A DNA stretch of 64,000 bases, taken from the NCBI GenBank assembly GCA_041937175.2, contig CP166615.1, positions 192,001 to 256,000 on the forward strand, written 5' to 3'. Below, in pieces: positions 21,449 through 32,833 of this stretch; position 1 is the first letter of the stretch, and every line of letters begins with the position of its first letter. The notes beneath the pieces are model-generated. The model ran no database searches and was not told the origin of the DNA. It was given only the letters and a program-made list of their open reading frames with translations. A program made the translations under genes and the position numbers. The DNA is from Limnothrix sp. BL-A-16. GTDB lineage: Bacteria; Cyanobacteriota; Cyanobacteriia; CACIAM-69d.

Positions 21449-22077
21449 GGTTTGTTCTTCGCTAACAGCAGATCGGGATCTGGTTTCGGGAGCCAATGGG
21501 GAGATTCGGGAGCATTCGGGCCAATCGCGCCGCGTGAACGGTGTTCAATCGTTCCCAAGTCTTGATGCCAGCATCTTTCATGATTGCGATCAAATCGTTT
21601 CGGTGCAAGGCAGAGGCCGCCCAACCTCGAAGCCGCCAGCACCAATCCAGGGGCGATCGCCCTGCACCTTCGGACGCTGAATCGCACAGTGGCTCCCAAA
21701 TCCCATGAATGGCCATGGTTTTGGAGGACAAGGGCGGTGCTTTGCTTTAAAACTGCTTATAAGAGCAATGATTTTTTTAATAATCTTTTTATAGCTCCGC
21801 TAAAATATAACTGTAGAGACAACGCAATCTACCCGCCCGAACGCGCTCGAATTGGCAGCGCGGCATTTTTGCATTGGGCCAGTTCGCGCCGTCCGTTCGC
21901 CAGCCCTGTCTCCCTTGCTCGATCGCCCCTGTCGATCGAAACCACCGCGATCCACGCGCATTTGATAGGATGACCTGGGTTTGACAGTTCAATTTATAAA
22001 ACTGGTTATCAAACTGGGCTTCGGCTCCTATCAGCCCCTTCCAACGGCACTAGTATCGGCATCTGAGGTACGTTTTC

Positions 22078-22560
22078 ATGAGCAACCGCAACGTCACCGA
22101 CACCAACAACCGCGCCCGCGACGATCGCGATGAAGTGCGCCTCGACGATCGCGACGATCGCGAGCAACGGGCCCTGCCTGCGGTTGTCCGCAAGCGCCCC
22201 CTCGCCCCCACCTATGGCCACCGTCCCGTCGGCGAAGATACTGTTAAGTTCATCGAAAGCGACCTGCCCAACAATCGCCCCGTTGAAGTCAGTCACCTGT
22301 CCTTGGTTCAAAGCAATCTACCGAAGCATCGCCCCGTGGAAACGAGCGAGCTGAAGGTGGTGGGCACGGTGGCCGCCTACGGTGCGCGCCCGGTGTCGGC
22401 CAGCAACTTGGAAGTGGTGGAAACCATCACCCTGTCGGGCCATCGCCCTGTGACGGCGAATACGCTGGACATTACGACCAGTGATTGGCTGCCCAGCAAC
22501 CGGCCGATGGCTTCTAACGATTTGGGCGAAGATTCCAATCTGATGGGCTATCTCGACTAG
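22078..22560 (+). CDS. Hypothetical protein with about 6 RP(V/M) repeats
   Basis: Clean ORF with host-like codon usage, 17-19-aa internal repeats, ends LMGYLD. Confidence 0.75.
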   Translation: MSNRNVTDTNNRARDDRDEVRLDDRDDREQRALPAVVRKRPLAPTYGHRPVGEDTVKFIESDLPNNRPVEVSHLSLVQSNLPKHRPVETSELKVVGTVAAYGARPVSASNLEVVETITLSGHRPVTANTLDITTSDWLPSNRPMASNDLGEDSNLMGYLD

Positions 22561-22580
22561 GTATTGTTTTTGCCTGATCC

Positions 22581-23084
22581 CAGGAAAGAGCGACGGGCCC
22601 TAAGCCATGTCGTCAAATTGCCTGAAACCCTGATGACCTCGTTCTTCAAACCAATCAATCGTAGGGGCGAGGTCTCCTCGCCCATCCCCGTGATCCTTGG
22701 GTGTTCCCAGGGATGGACAGGGTTTTAGTGATCGCCCAGGTTAGGGTTGGGAGACCCAACCTCTACGGCGATGGAAATGGCGACGGGCCCTAGGGCCTGT
22801 CGTCAAATCGCCTGAAACCCTGATTCCACCGTTGCTGGATCGTGGGGGACAAGGGGCTTAGGGCCGGTCGCCAAATCGCCTGAAACCCTGATTCCACCGT
22901 TGCTGGATCTTGGGGGACAAGGGGCTTAAGCCCCTTGTTACAACGACTGGGACATGGAAAATCAATCGTTTTCACCTAATCCTAGGAAATGACGACGGGC
23001 CCTAAGCCCCTTGTTGCAACGACTGGGACATGGAAAATCAATCGTTTTCACCTGATCCTAGGAAATGACGACGGGCCCTAAGCC
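22581..23084. repeat. Cluster of family B MITE ends with 68-bp and 76-bp tandem duplications
   Basis: CAAATCGCCTGAAACCCTGATTCCACCG at 22804 and 22872; TAAGCC... unit at 22927, 23003 and 23079; repeated GACGGGCCCTA(A/G) ends. Confidence 0.75.
22661..22766. repeat. Inverted pair of GTAG-type REP palindromes (REPIN-like)
   Basis: GTAGGGGCGAGGTCTCCTCGCCC and, inverted about 60 bp away, GGGTTGGGAGACCCAACCTCTAC. Confidence 0.65.
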
Positions 23085-23108
23085 GTTGAGCAACTGTTCG
23101 TCAAAGCG

Positions 23109-23143
23109 AAATGGGGGTGTGGTTTTCGGCCATACCCCCATTT
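23109..23143. terminator. Hairpin terminator downstream of gyrA (possibly bidirectional)
   Basis: AAATGGGGGTGTGG/CCATACCCCCATTT stem. Confidence 0.6.
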
Positions 23144-23181
23144 TGTTGATGGGATTTGTTGATGGGATTTGTTGATGGGAT
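23143..23181. repeat. 13-bp tandem repeat x3
   Basis: TTGTTGATGGGAT three times. Confidence 0.85.
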
Positions 23182-23249
23182 CTATGGGATCGATTGGGGA
23201 TCAAGTTTGGCCTAGGTTGCCCTAGGCGCATTTGCCCAGCAGCAATTGC

Positions 23250-25871
23250 CTAGGAATCTTCGTCCGGTTGAGCCGCTTGATCCTCAGAATCGGTGTTGCT
23301 ATCGAGGCTGTCGCCGCTGGTGTCTTCCGGCGGCACGAGGGCCACGGCGGCGATCGAGTCATCCACAATCCGCTGCACCATCACGCCCGTTGCCCCCCGC
23401 GATTGAATCGGGATCGCATTCACCGACTGCCGCACGATCGTGGCCCGCTTCGTGGCGATCGTGATTTCGTCGGAGTCATTCACCACCAACAGGCCAGCGA
23501 GAGAATCATCAATGCCCTTGGCGGATTTGAACTTGGTGGCGATTTTGCCTTTGGTGGCGCGGTTATAGAGCTTGAATTGCTCCACGGGGACGCGCTTGCC
23601 GTAGCCACGAGCGGTGATCACCAACACCCAGGGGCCGGGGCTGCTGGTTTCGGTGCTGTCGTCGCTGGTTTCTTCGATCGGCTCATTATCGTCGGCCGCA
23701 TCATCCCCGGCCTGACCCACCCGCGAGGCGATCGCGGCGGGCAAAATATCCAGCGCCACCAACTCATCACCGCTGCGAAGGCTCATGGCCCGCACGCCCC
23801 GCGCCGTCCGCCCTAGGGGTCGCAGTTGATCGCGATCGGCTCGGAAGTGAATCGCCATGCCCGATCGGGAGCCGATCAAAATGCTGTCTTCGTCGCGGGT
23901 CAGGCGCACCCAGCGCAGTTGGTCGCCCTCTTCCAGGGAAATGGCGATCAGGCCGTTGGCGCGGATGTTGCCAAAGGCCGAGAGCACGGTTTTTTTGATG
24001 TAGCCCTGCTGGGTCAACATCACCAGGTACAGGTCTTCCGAGAATTCCGAGACGGCGATCACCGAGGTGATTTTTTCGTCGTGGGGAATCGGTAGTAGTT
24101 GAACGATCGCCGTGCCCCGGGCAGCGCGGGAGCTGGCGGGAATTTGGTAAGCACTGAGGGCATAGACCACGCCCCGATCGCTGAAGAACAAGACCCGATC
24201 GCGATCGCAGCAGGTGAGGAAATGCTGTACCTCGTCGTCATCCTTCATCTTCGCGCCGGTTTTGCCCCGGGTGGCGCGGTTTTGGGTCTCGAAGGTGCTC
24301 ACAGGCATCCGTTTGATGTAGCCCTGCTCCGTAATCACGATCGTGGCGCGATCATTGGCAATCAGGTCAATTTCTTCCAGTTGGGCACTGTCGCGGGAAA
24401 TTGTGGTGCGGCGCGGCGTAGCGAACCGGGCTTTCAGGTTGCTCACTTCCTCTTCAATGATTGTCAGCACCCGATCGCGCCGGGCCAGGATGTCTTGCAA
24501 ATCGGTAATTTTGGCTTGCAATTCCTGGTGTTCTTGCTCAATCTTGTCCGCTTCCAAGGCCGTTAGGCGGCGCAGTTGCATCTGCAAAATTGCGTCGGCT
24601 TGGGCTTCCGAGAGGCTGTAATCGCTCATTAGCCCCTGTTTGGCGGTGGGGGTGTCCGCCGCATGACGAATTAGGGCGATGATCGTATCCATGTTGCTGA
24701 GGGCGATCAGGTAGCCTTGCAGGATGTGATCGCGCTCCTCAGCTTTCCGCAGTTCGTAGCGGGTGCGCCGTTCGATCGCCTCCACCCGGAAGTCCAAAAA
24801 GACCTGCAAAAACTCCTTCAGGGTCAGGGTGCGCGGCTCGCCGTTCACCAGCGCCAGCATGTTGGCCCCAAAGTTCGCTTGAATCGGCGTGTGCTTGTAG
24901 AGGTTGTTCAGCACCACTTGGGCGCGTGCGTCCCGCTTCAGCTCAATCACGATTCGCATCCCGTCGCGATCGCTCTCGTCGCGAATGTCCGAGATGCCTT
25001 CTAGTTTCTTGTCGTTCACCAGCTCGGCGATCCGCTCAATCAGGGCCGCCTTGTTGGTTTGGTAAGGCAGTTCCGTGACGATAATCGCCTCGCGATCGGG
25101 TGCGCCTCGCCGTTCGATCGTCTCAACGCTGGCCACACCGCGCATGGTGATCGAGCCACGCCCGGTTAAATAGGCTTCCCGAATCCCCGACGTACCAAAA
25201 ATCTGCGCCCCCGTGGGGAAATCCGGCCCCGGAATCCAGCGCATCAACTCTTGGTTGGTGATTTCAGGGTTATGAATCAGGGCGCACAGCCCATCGACCA
25301 ATTCCCCCAAATTGTGGGGGGGAATGTTGGTGGCCATGCCCACCGCAATCCCCGAGGAGCCGTTCAGCAACAGTTGCGGCAGCCGCGCGGGCATCACCGT
25401 CGGTTCTTGCTGGGAGCCGTCGAAGTTGTCGATAAAATCAACGGTTTCCGACTCAATATCTTGCAGCAGCGATTCACTGGTCAGGGCTTGCAGCCGACAT
25501 TCCGTGTACCGCATGGCAGCGGGTGGATCGTTGTCGATCGAGCCGAAGTTCCCGTGACCATTGATCAACGGGTGACGCATCGAAAAATCCTGGGCCATCC
25601 GCACCAGCGCGTCATAGACCGCCGTGTCGCCGTGGGGGTGATATTTCCCCAGCACTTCCCCCACCACCCGGGCGCATTTTCGGAAGGGGCGATCGGCTGC
25701 CAACCCCAACTCATGCATGGCGTAGAGAATCCGGCGGTGTACCGGCTTCAGACCGTCGCGGGCATCCGGCAGCGCCCGCCCCACGATCACGCTCATGGCG
25801 TATTCCAGGTACGATCGCGACATTTCCTGGCGTAGGTCGGTCGCGACAATCCGGTCTTCGGCAGTACTCAT
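23250..25871 (-). CDS. gyrA: DNA gyrase subunit A
   Basis: [41 protein letters not shown], GyrA-box-like QNRATRG. Confidence 0.95.
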   Translation of the reverse strand: MSTAEDRIVATDLRQEMSRSYLEYAMSVIVGRALPDARDGLKPVHRRILYAMHELGLAADRPFRKCARVVGEVLGKYHPHGDTAVYDALVRMAQDFSMRHPLINGHGNFGSIDNDPPAAMRYTECRLQALTSESLLQDIESETVDFIDNFDGSQQEPTVMPARLPQLLLNGSSGIAVGMATNIPPHNLGELVDGLCALIHNPEITNQELMRWIPGPDFPTGAQIFGTSGIREAYLTGRGSITMRGVASVETIERRGAPDREAIIVTELPYQTNKAALIERIAELVNDKKLEGISDIRDESDRDGMRIVIELKRDARAQVVLNNLYKHTPIQANFGANMLALVNGEPRTLTLKEFLQVFLDFRVEAIERRTRYELRKAEERDHILQGYLIALSNMDTIIALIRHAADTPTAKQGLMSDYSLSEAQADAILQMQLRRLTALEADKIEQEHQELQAKITDLQDILARRDRVLTIIEEEVSNLKARFATPRRTTISRDSAQLEEIDLIANDRATIVITEQGYIKRMPVSTFETQNRATRGKTGAKMKDDDEVQHFLTCCDRDRVLFFSDRGVVYALSAYQIPASSRAARGTAIVQLLPIPHDEKITSVIAVSEFSEDLYLVMLTQQGYIKKTVLSAFGNIRANGLIAISLEEGDQLRWVRLTRDEDSILIGSRSGMAIHFRADRDQLRPLGRTARGVRAMSLRSGDELVALDILPAAIASRVGQAGDDAADDNEPIEETSDDSTETSSPGPWVLVITARGYGKRVPVEQFKLYNRATKGKIATKFKSAKGIDDSLAGLLVVNDSDEITIATKRATIVRQSVNAIPIQSRGATGVMVQRIVDDSIAAVALVPPEDTSGDSLDSNTDSEDQAAQPDEDS

Positions 25872-26203
25872 AGGTCTCTGGTGCAGAAAGTGCCTGAAAA
25901 TTTATGGCCTAAAAACAAGTGCCTAAAAACGGCACGACCCCAAACGAAAAACTTCAGGGGCCAATGACCCGGCTTTCGTTCGGGATCAGATACACATCAG
26001 GGCTAGTACACATCAAGGGCTAGCAAATCGTTCGCATCGTGGTGGCGCAAAAGCCCCAAAGGACAGACCGACGGCAAGCCTCATTTAGAACGGCTTCGGT
26101 TGGGCGAAATTGCCGTGAAATCGAGATTTCAGCCTCCTATTTTACCACGGGCAGCCAGAGGAACTGTGGCATGGGCCCCGGGCCGGGATCGGAAGCCGCC
26201 TCA

Positions 26204-26358
26204 GTGGATGTCTGAGCAAGCTAAAACCAAAGCCCAACCCAAAGCCAAAACCGTTACCTGGGGGTCTCCTCAACCGACACAGACAAGGTGCTTCAGCCCC
26301 TTGCTCCGACGACGACCGGCGCTTTGTCATTGCCCCAAGTAACTGCTCAGATATCCTC
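26204..26358. mobile_element. MITE-like element, family A (degenerate)
   Basis: Inverted ends GTGGATGTCTGAGCA / TGCTCAGATATCCTC (13 of 15 match); flanks TCA/CCA; internal ACAAGGTGCTTCAGCCCCTTG. Confidence 0.55.
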
Positions 26359-26367
26359 CCAAGGCGC

Positions 26368-27960
26368 TCAGGCTAGGTGAAAGTCAGCGATCGAGAGTGG
26401 GCCGGTGACGATCGCCAAAGTCTCATTGCTGCCGGCCACTTGCACCAACATGTTCGTTCCCTGGGGCCGCAGGGCGATCGCGCCGGGGGTCAACCCATTG
26501 ACTAGATAAATGCCATCAATGCCTAACTGAAAATCCTGAATCGTGTCTTGGCCCATGCCCGTACCCAACACGAATCGATCGGCTCCGTCGCCCCCAAGCA
26601 ACAGGTCATCCCCAAATTCACCAAACAGCACATCATCGCCCGCATCCCCCTGGAGCCAGTCGGCATCGCGGCCGCCGTTGAGCTGGTCGTTGCCCAAACC
26701 GCCAATCAGGGTATCGAGGCCCGCATTGCCTTGCAGTTGGTCGTTGCCCGCCTCGCCACTCAACCAATCATCATCCAGCCCGCCCCAGAGGGTGTCTTGG
26801 CCCAGACCGCCGCTGAGGCTGTCGTTGCCCCCGCGCCCCAAAATCACGTTGTCGGCATCGTTGCCAAGCACCTCGTCGGCTCCATCAGTGCCATTGAGGT
26901 TTTCCAGAGTGACCCCAAAGGCGATCGACTTGCCCCGATCGAACATGGGATAGAGGGGTTGGTAACTGGGATAAATATCAAAAAAGCGACCCTTACGCCC
27001 CGTTTGGGTGGTTAACAAACCGCCGGGTTTCAAATCGAAATAGTAGCGATCGGAGGCTGGCAACGATCCCATTTCCAAGGTGTCGGTTCCGCCCCCATCC
27101 CAAATGGCTTCCACCCCTAAAAACGAAGTGGCATTCCAGTTGTACAAATCATTGCCCGATCGCCAACTGGTATTTGCACCGTAGAGATATTGCAGCGATT
27201 GGATATCGTAATTCATCAGGGTGCGGGCGTTTTGAAAACTGCCAAAGTCCCGCCCGTTGTAGGACATCACCGTGTTGTGGCGATGATCTAATTCCGGAGC
27301 CAAAACCGCCACATTGGAAGGCACTTTACCGGGCACATCCCCCGCTTCGCTGCCATACTCCCGAGGATGTTTCAGTCCCATGGCATGGCCCAATTCATGA
27401 ATTAAAGTGCCATAGCCAGCGCTGCCGGGCCCCTTCGTAAAAAAGTTGGGGTCAAACATGCCATTGGCCGACAAAAACACCTGTCCCCCATAGGCGCTTC
27501 CTGGAACATAAGCACAGGCCAAAGCATCGGGCAATTGCGGACTCTTGCCCAAGGTAATGCGCAGTGTTCCGCCCACTTCGTCCGGCACTTCTTGAAACTG
27601 AACCGGAATCACTTGGGAGTAGTTTTGCAACACTTGCCGCACGGCCTGTTTCACCGGCTCGGGAATTTCTGCCGGGTTGGTGATGGCTCCTTGGGCAACC
27701 GATGTCAAATTATTGACCGTGTTGGCATTGGGAAAACTGTAGGTAATCACCCCACCATGGGGCACATTCCACGATTGGGTGATTGTCGGATTATTAATAC
27801 GCACCGTCAGCAAAGCATCAATGTTGTTGTTGCCGCTGAGGGGAATGGCTTTGGTGCTGGCAGCGGTTCGCCAACGGAGGGTGGAAACTTCCGGAGCGAT
27901 CGCGCTGTTTTGGTCGATCCCGGCCAGGGACATCTGAAGAGCCATAGGAATTCTGTCCAA
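26368..27960 (-). CDS. Serralysin-like M10 zinc metalloprotease with RTX Ca-binding repeats
   Basis: HELGHAMGLKHP, Met-turn TVMSY, multiple GGxGxD nonapeptides; start uncertain. Confidence 0.9.
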   Translation of the reverse strand: MDRIPMALQMSLAGIDQNSAIAPEVSTLRWRTAASTKAIPLSGNNNIDALLTVRINNPTITQSWNVPHGGVITYSFPNANTVNNLTSVAQGAITNPAEIPEPVKQAVRQVLQNYSQVIPVQFQEVPDEVGGTLRITLGKSPQLPDALACAYVPGSAYGGQVFLSANGMFDPNFFTKGPGSAGYGTLIHELGHAMGLKHPREYGSEAGDVPGKVPSNVAVLAPELDHRHNTVMSYNGRDFGSFQNARTLMNYDIQSLQYLYGANTSWRSGNDLYNWNATSFLGVEAIWDGGGTDTLEMGSLPASDRYYFDLKPGGLLTTQTGRKGRFFDIYPSYQPLYPMFDRGKSIAFGVTLENLNGTDGADEVLGNDADNVILGRGGNDSLSGGLGQDTLWGGLDDDWLSGEAGNDQLQGNAGLDTLIGGLGNDQLNGGRDADWLQGDAGDDVLFGEFGDDLLLGGDGADRFVLGTGMGQDTIQDFQLGIDGIYLVNGLTPGAIALRPQGTNMLVQVAGSNETLAIVTGPLSIADFHLA

Positions 27961-28861
27961 CGCTGATAGGTCAAAGAAAGGCAGCCACCCTGCATCACGG
28001 CTACGGCGGTTTTCAGCACCAGACTTTGGAGGTCAACCATTGGTTGATGACCTCAATCGGGGTTGCGAAATGCAACTGGAATTCAAGAATTTGAATGCGC
28101 CACTGGCACGCAAGACTTAGCGGCGCGATCGGGCACAAAATGCAAAGTGATGCGAAGGCTATGCTTCGTTCCCAACGAAGACAACCTGGCGATTAATGGA
28201 GGCTCAATGGTTAGGGGCAATCAAGTCTCAATTGATCGGAGCGATCCCGGCAGACGTAAAACTAGTTGGGGCGTTGAAAGGAGTCACGCCTTGTGGTGGT
28301 TCTTCCCTCAGCATTCCCTCGGTGCATTATCCTGCAACGCTGTGAAGCGGAGGACAGGGTTGATCCTGTTGAGTCTGTTAAATGGATGGATTTGGAGCGA
28401 TGGATCTGGATTGATAGATCCGAATCGATCGATCCGAGTGATTGGATCATGCAGATCTTGTAAATCTGCCTTGGTTCTGATGAATTAGCTCTGACGAATC
28501 TGATGAATTTTGAATTTGGGTCGATCGTTGAGGGCTGTTCTTCGGTGCTTGGAAGAAACTTATGCGCTCAATTAAGGCTAATCAAATTGCTTGAATGAGC
28601 CAATGGAAGCGATCTAACTAGAGCAGCCCCAAAAGACGTTAAGACTTTTTGTAGAGGACTTTTTGAAATCCTTACAATTAGTTTAAAGGATTCTGCATAA
28701 AATTGGCAAGCTTGAATTTAAGTTACAACAACTTTTTTAATAATGAGCGAAGCAATGGATAAAGATGTGCAGAATGCGACATGAATGAACGCAATTTGAA
28801 GGCTTTCAGGCAATGAAGTGCGAAATCAAACATTCATTTCAAAATAATGTATGAAATAAAA

Positions 28862-28894
28862 CACAGGGCAGAAGGAGAAACTTTCCGCCCTGTG
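28862..28894 (-). terminator. Hairpin downstream of the HEAT-repeat gene
   Basis: CACAGGGCAGAA/TTCCGCCCTGTG stem with a T run on the minus strand. Confidence 0.5.
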
Positions 28895-29035
28895 AGTTCA
28901 GTTAGTTCTGGAATGAATCCGGATTTTTGGGAAATTCTTTACAGTTAATTTCCCTATTTTTCAGTCCTCAGTTATTGAGGGGTTTGACCCACGAGGAGCG
29001 ATCGCACTGATGAGCTGGCTTCCGGATCGACAGAC

Positions 29036-30055
29036 CTAGGGCTGTTTGGGGCCGCCGTTGGGAGGCAGTGGTGATTCTTCAACCGGTTGGGCGATCGGGG
29101 CTTGGCTTTTGAAGCGCTCCAACCCTTTGGCAGCCGCCCGCACCACGCTCGGGGCCGCATCATGGAGGGCTTTTTCGAGGCAGCTCACCACTTCAGGGCT
29201 GTGGACGGCGCTGAGGGCCTCGATCGCGGCGGCGCGCACGGTGGGATCGGGGCTGCTGGCGAAGGTCAACAGGTCGTTGATCAGTTTTTGGCCCTCAGTT
29301 CGCTGTCCGATCGCCCGAACTTTGGTGGCGAGTTGGGCCACTTGCTCGATCGGGCTGGGTTGGTTGCTGGGAGCAATTGGGGCGATCGGCTCAGGAGTCG
29401 TGACCGGTTCAGTGACCGGTTCAACAGCTTGTTCGACGGTCGGTTCGGCCACGGGTTCCGGCGTGGGTTCTGGCTCCGCGATCGGTTCGGCCACGGGTTC
29501 CGGCGTGGGTTCCGAGGCGGGTTCCACTGAGGCCGCCGTTGGCTCCGGTTCGGCGATCGGCTCCGGTGTGGGTTCCGGGGTAGGTTCCGGCGTGGGTTCT
29601 GCAACTGGCTCCGCGACGGGTTCCGGGGCAGGCGTTGGCGCGGGCGCACCGGTTCCACCCCAAGGATCCGGGAGTTGGGCCGCCGGTTGACCGGTTGCCG
29701 CCGGACGCGGAGCAGAGCGTGCAGGATCGGGAGCGGGCGGGGCGGCGGTGGAAGCGGCTTGTGCTTTCAGTTGGGCAATTTCCGTTTGCAGGGCTTGCAA
29801 TTCGCGATCGAAATTTTTGCGAGCCGTCTGCTTTTGCACCTCAAAATCTTGCTCCAGGGTTTGCCGTTGCCGATCGAGATATTGCTTTTGCTGGCGCTCC
29901 AGGTCGGCTACCCGCTGCTGCATCAAATACCAGGCGATCGCACCGCCGATCACGACACCCAAAATCAACCCAACAAAGATCATGACTTGGTTCTCGCTGC
30001 CAAACAGTTCGAGACCATTTAACCAAGGATTCTCGTCCGTAGGCTGATTAGCCAA
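29036..30055 (-). CDS. Membrane-anchored coiled-coil / Pro-Glu linker / HEAT-repeat protein
   Basis: N-terminal TM helix, Q-rich coil, (EPTP/EPVA)n linker, [12 protein letters not shown] and [16 protein letters not shown] motifs; start may be the ATG at 29983. Confidence 0.75.
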   Translation of the reverse strand: MANQPTDENPWLNGLELFGSENQVMIFVGLILGVVIGGAIAWYLMQQRVADLERQQKQYLDRQRQTLEQDFEVQKQTARKNFDRELQALQTEIAQLKAQAASTAAPPAPDPARSAPRPAATGQPAAQLPDPWGGTGAPAPTPAPEPVAEPVAEPTPEPTPEPTPEPIAEPEPTAASVEPASEPTPEPVAEPIAEPEPTPEPVAEPTVEQAVEPVTEPVTTPEPIAPIAPSNQPSPIEQVAQLATKVRAIGQRTEGQKLINDLLTFASSPDPTVRAAAIEALSAVHSPEVVSCLEKALHDAAPSVVRAAAKGLERFKSQAPIAQPVEESPLPPNGGPKQP

Positions 30056-30070
30056 TCCCGATCGGGGGAA

Positions 30071-30218
30071 TTAGGGCCGGTCGCTCTTTCCTGAAATTCA
30101 GCGAAGATGGTTGATCTGCCCTGCCCAAATGATCGTAACAAAGGGCTTGAGCATCTTGTCCCCTACGATCCGCTTACGGTGGAATCGGGGTTTCAGACGA
30201 TTTGACGACAAGCCCTAG
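30071..30218. mobile_element. MITE-like element, family B
   Basis: Ends TTAGGGCCGGTCGC / GACGACAAGCCCTAG; right half is the reverse complement of the unit at 22790-22860. Confidence 0.6.
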
Positions 30219-30316
30219 ACCTGCAAAACAACTCCCCACTGCCCGATCGAGCCAGACTCAATCGGGCCGGGTATGATGGCCTGCTAGTTCGATCGCCCGT
30301 CCATTGCCTGCCACCC

Positions 30317-32833
30317 GTGAATCAGCCGAATCTTCCGCCCCATCTTCAAGGTCTGACCCGCAGCGAAGTGCTGGAGCGCCGGGCCGCCGGCCAGGGTAAT
30401 GATGCCCCCCTGAAAACCAGTCGTTCCTATGCGCAAATTCTCCGGGAAAACATTTTTACCTTTATTAATTTTGTTTTCGTTGCCATTAGTGTTGTTTTCT
30501 TATTTTTAGGCAGCTTTAGTGATGCCATCCTGGTGGCGGCGGTCATTTTAAGCAGCGTGGTGATTAATGCCATTCAAGAAGTGGCGGCCAAGCGCAAACT
30601 CGATGAAATTGCCCTTTTAACCCGGCCCAAGGCCACCGTGGTGCGTGAAGGACGGGAACAGGATATTGACCCGAGCGAAATTGTGGCGGGCGATGTTTTA
30701 GTGTTGCGATCGGGCGATCAAATTCTGGTGGATGGGGAGCTGATGGCTGGGGAAATCGCCGCTGATGAATCGCTCTTAACCGGCGAATCAGATCCCATTG
30801 AAAAGGAAACCGGCAGCCCTGTTTTTTCAGGAACCATCTGTTTAAGCGGCAGTGGCTATTATTTAGCCCAAAAAGTGGGCCGCAACAGCTTGGCCCACCA
30901 ACTGACCGAAAGTGCCCGCACCTTTCGCCAAATGCTCACGCCCTTGCAATCGGAAGTGAATTTGGTGATTCGGATTTTTATGATCATCGCCTGCTTTTTT
31001 TGGGCCCTGGTGGCGATCGGGTTTATTGCCAAAGCCATTTCCTTTAATGAAACGGTGCAGCGATCGGCGGTGATTGCCGGCCTGGTTCCCAGTGGTTTGT
31101 ACTTAACCATCACCCTGTCCTATGCCCTAGCAGCGGTGCGGATGGTGGGCAAGCGGGTGCTAATTCAACAGGCCAACGCCGTGGAATCCCTGAGCAATGT
31201 GGATGTGCTCTGTGTGGACAAGACCGGAACCTTGACAGCGAACCGCATCCAGCTCACGGAACTGTGGCCGATCGCCCCCGGCCAGACCTTGTCCACCCTG
31301 ACCGACCTGGTGGGAACCTATGCCGCTAGCACCCGTTCCGGCAACGCCACCAGCGAGGCGATCGCCCTCGGTTGCCCCGCCCCGGCCCAAGAACCGCTCT
31401 ATGAAATTCCCTTTTCGTCGGCCCGCAAGTGGAGCGCGATCGCCTTTGGATCCGACCCGATCGCCCCACCAGCCGCAGGGATTGTGTCAGGGTATTACGT
31501 CCTCGGTGCGCCGGAAATGGTGAGCGCGGGCCTGGCGGAACCGTTGCCCCCGGAATGGTGCGATCGGGCCCAGACCCTGGCCCGCCAGGGATTCCGGGTG
31601 TTGCTGTTTGCCTTCAGCCCCGCCATTCCGCCCAAGCCCGCCAAACGGGACAGCGCCCCCCTGCCCCAGGATTTGCAACCTATGGGCCTGTTGGTGTTTA
31701 GCGACGAGCTGCGCCCCAGCGTGACGGAAACGCTCCAGGGATTTGCCGAAGCAGGCATTCGGCTGAAGATTATTTCCGGCGACAACCCCGACACCGTGCG
31801 GGCGATCGCGGCCCGGGTGGGCTTGGGCGAAAATCTGTCGGCCGTGTCCGGAGCCGACCTGGCCGCCATGACCGAGGCGGAATTTGCCCAAGCCGCGATC
31901 GAGCATCAAATTTTTGGGCGGATTGTCCCGGAACAAAAAGCCCGCTTAGTCACGGCCCTGCGGCGTGCGGGCAACTATGTGGCCATGATTGGCGATGGCG
32001 TAAACGATGTGTTGTCCCTGAAGCAAGCCAACCTGGGCATTGCCATGGAAAGTGGCAGCAAAGCCACCCGCAGTGCCGCCGACATTGTGTTGCTGGGCGA
32101 CTCCTTCGAGACCCTGCCCTATACCTTTTTGGAGGGGCAACGGATTGGCAACGGCATCCGCGATGTGCTGAAGCTGTTTATGGTGCGGGTGTTTTGCGTC
32201 ACCCTGTTGATTCTTTGCACGGGGCAAGTGCTGGGAACCTTTCCGCTGCTGAATAAACACAGCGCCGTGGTGACGATCGTGGCGGTGGGGCTGCCCACCT
32301 TTGGATTTCCCCTGTGGGCCCGGCCGGGGAAACCGCGCCAAAAGAGCGTCCTCAAGTCCATGCTGAATTTCACCTTGCCCGCGACCTTGACCCTCACCCC
32401 GATCGCGGTGGCGGTTTACTTGGGCTATTTGGTCACCACCATTTGGAGCGCCACCCAAACGGGCGAGGAGTTGGTGGCCTTGAACGATGCGCTCTTGGCC
32501 GTGCCCCGCAGCGCCCTGGTGACCCTGTTGGTGAGCTGCGGCCTGTTGCTCGTGCCGTTTTTGAAGCCGCCAGCGGGGCCTTGGGTGGCGGCGGAACCCC
32601 TCTGTGGCGATCGTCGCTATTCCCTGTTGGCCTTGGGACTGTTGGGGGTCTATGCCGGTTTGGTGGCCCTGCCGGGAACGCGCGAGTTTTTTGAGTTGGC
32701 GCTGTTGCAACCGGTGGACTATTTGCTGATTGGGGCGATCGCCCTGAGTTGGTGTTTGCTGTTGCGATATATCTGGCGATCGGGATTGTTCGATCGATTC
32801 TTAGGGTTCAAACTCAGCGATTGGAATCATTAA
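30317..32833 (+). CDS. Cation-transporting P-type ATPase (CtpE-like)
   Basis: LTGES, DKTGTLT, ISGDN, GDGVND motifs and about 10 TM helices. Confidence 0.92.
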   Translation: MNQPNLPPHLQGLTRSEVLERRAAGQGNDAPLKTSRSYAQILRENIFTFINFVFVAISVVFLFLGSFSDAILVAAVILSSVVINAIQEVAAKRKLDEIALLTRPKATVVREGREQDIDPSEIVAGDVLVLRSGDQILVDGELMAGEIAADESLLTGESDPIEKETGSPVFSGTICLSGSGYYLAQKVGRNSLAHQLTESARTFRQMLTPLQSEVNLVIRIFMIIACFFWALVAIGFIAKAISFNETVQRSAVIAGLVPSGLYLTITLSYALAAVRMVGKRVLIQQANAVESLSNVDVLCVDKTGTLTANRIQLTELWPIAPGQTLSTLTDLVGTYAASTRSGNATSEAIALGCPAPAQEPLYEIPFSSARKWSAIAFGSDPIAPPAAGIVSGYYVLGAPEMVSAGLAEPLPPEWCDRAQTLARQGFRVLLFAFSPAIPPKPAKRDSAPLPQDLQPMGLLVFSDELRPSVTETLQGFAEAGIRLKIISGDNPDTVRAIAARVGLGENLSAVSGADLAAMTEAEFAQAAIEHQIFGRIVPEQKARLVTALRRAGNYVAMIGDGVNDVLSLKQANLGIAMESGSKATRSAADIVLLGDSFETLPYTFLEGQRIGNGIRDVLKLFMVRVFCVTLLILCTGQVLGTFPLLNKHSAVVTIVAVGLPTFGFPLWARPGKPRQKSVLKSMLNFTLPATLTLTPIAVAVYLGYLVTTIWSATQTGEELVALNDALLAVPRSALVTLLVSCGLLLVPFLKPPAGPWVAAEPLCGDRRYSLLALGLLGVYAGLVALPGTREFFELALLQPVDYLLIGAIALSWCLLLRYIWRSGLFDRFLGFKLSDWNH

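Noticed and set aside
22790..23084. Mini CRISPR or ncRNA array
   Set aside because: These are whole-unit tandem duplications of MITE-derived sequence without distinct spacers.
28063..28960. ORFs or ncRNA in the AT-rich region upstream of the M10 protease
   Set aside because: No recognisable protein or RNA motif; treated as a long regulatory spacer.
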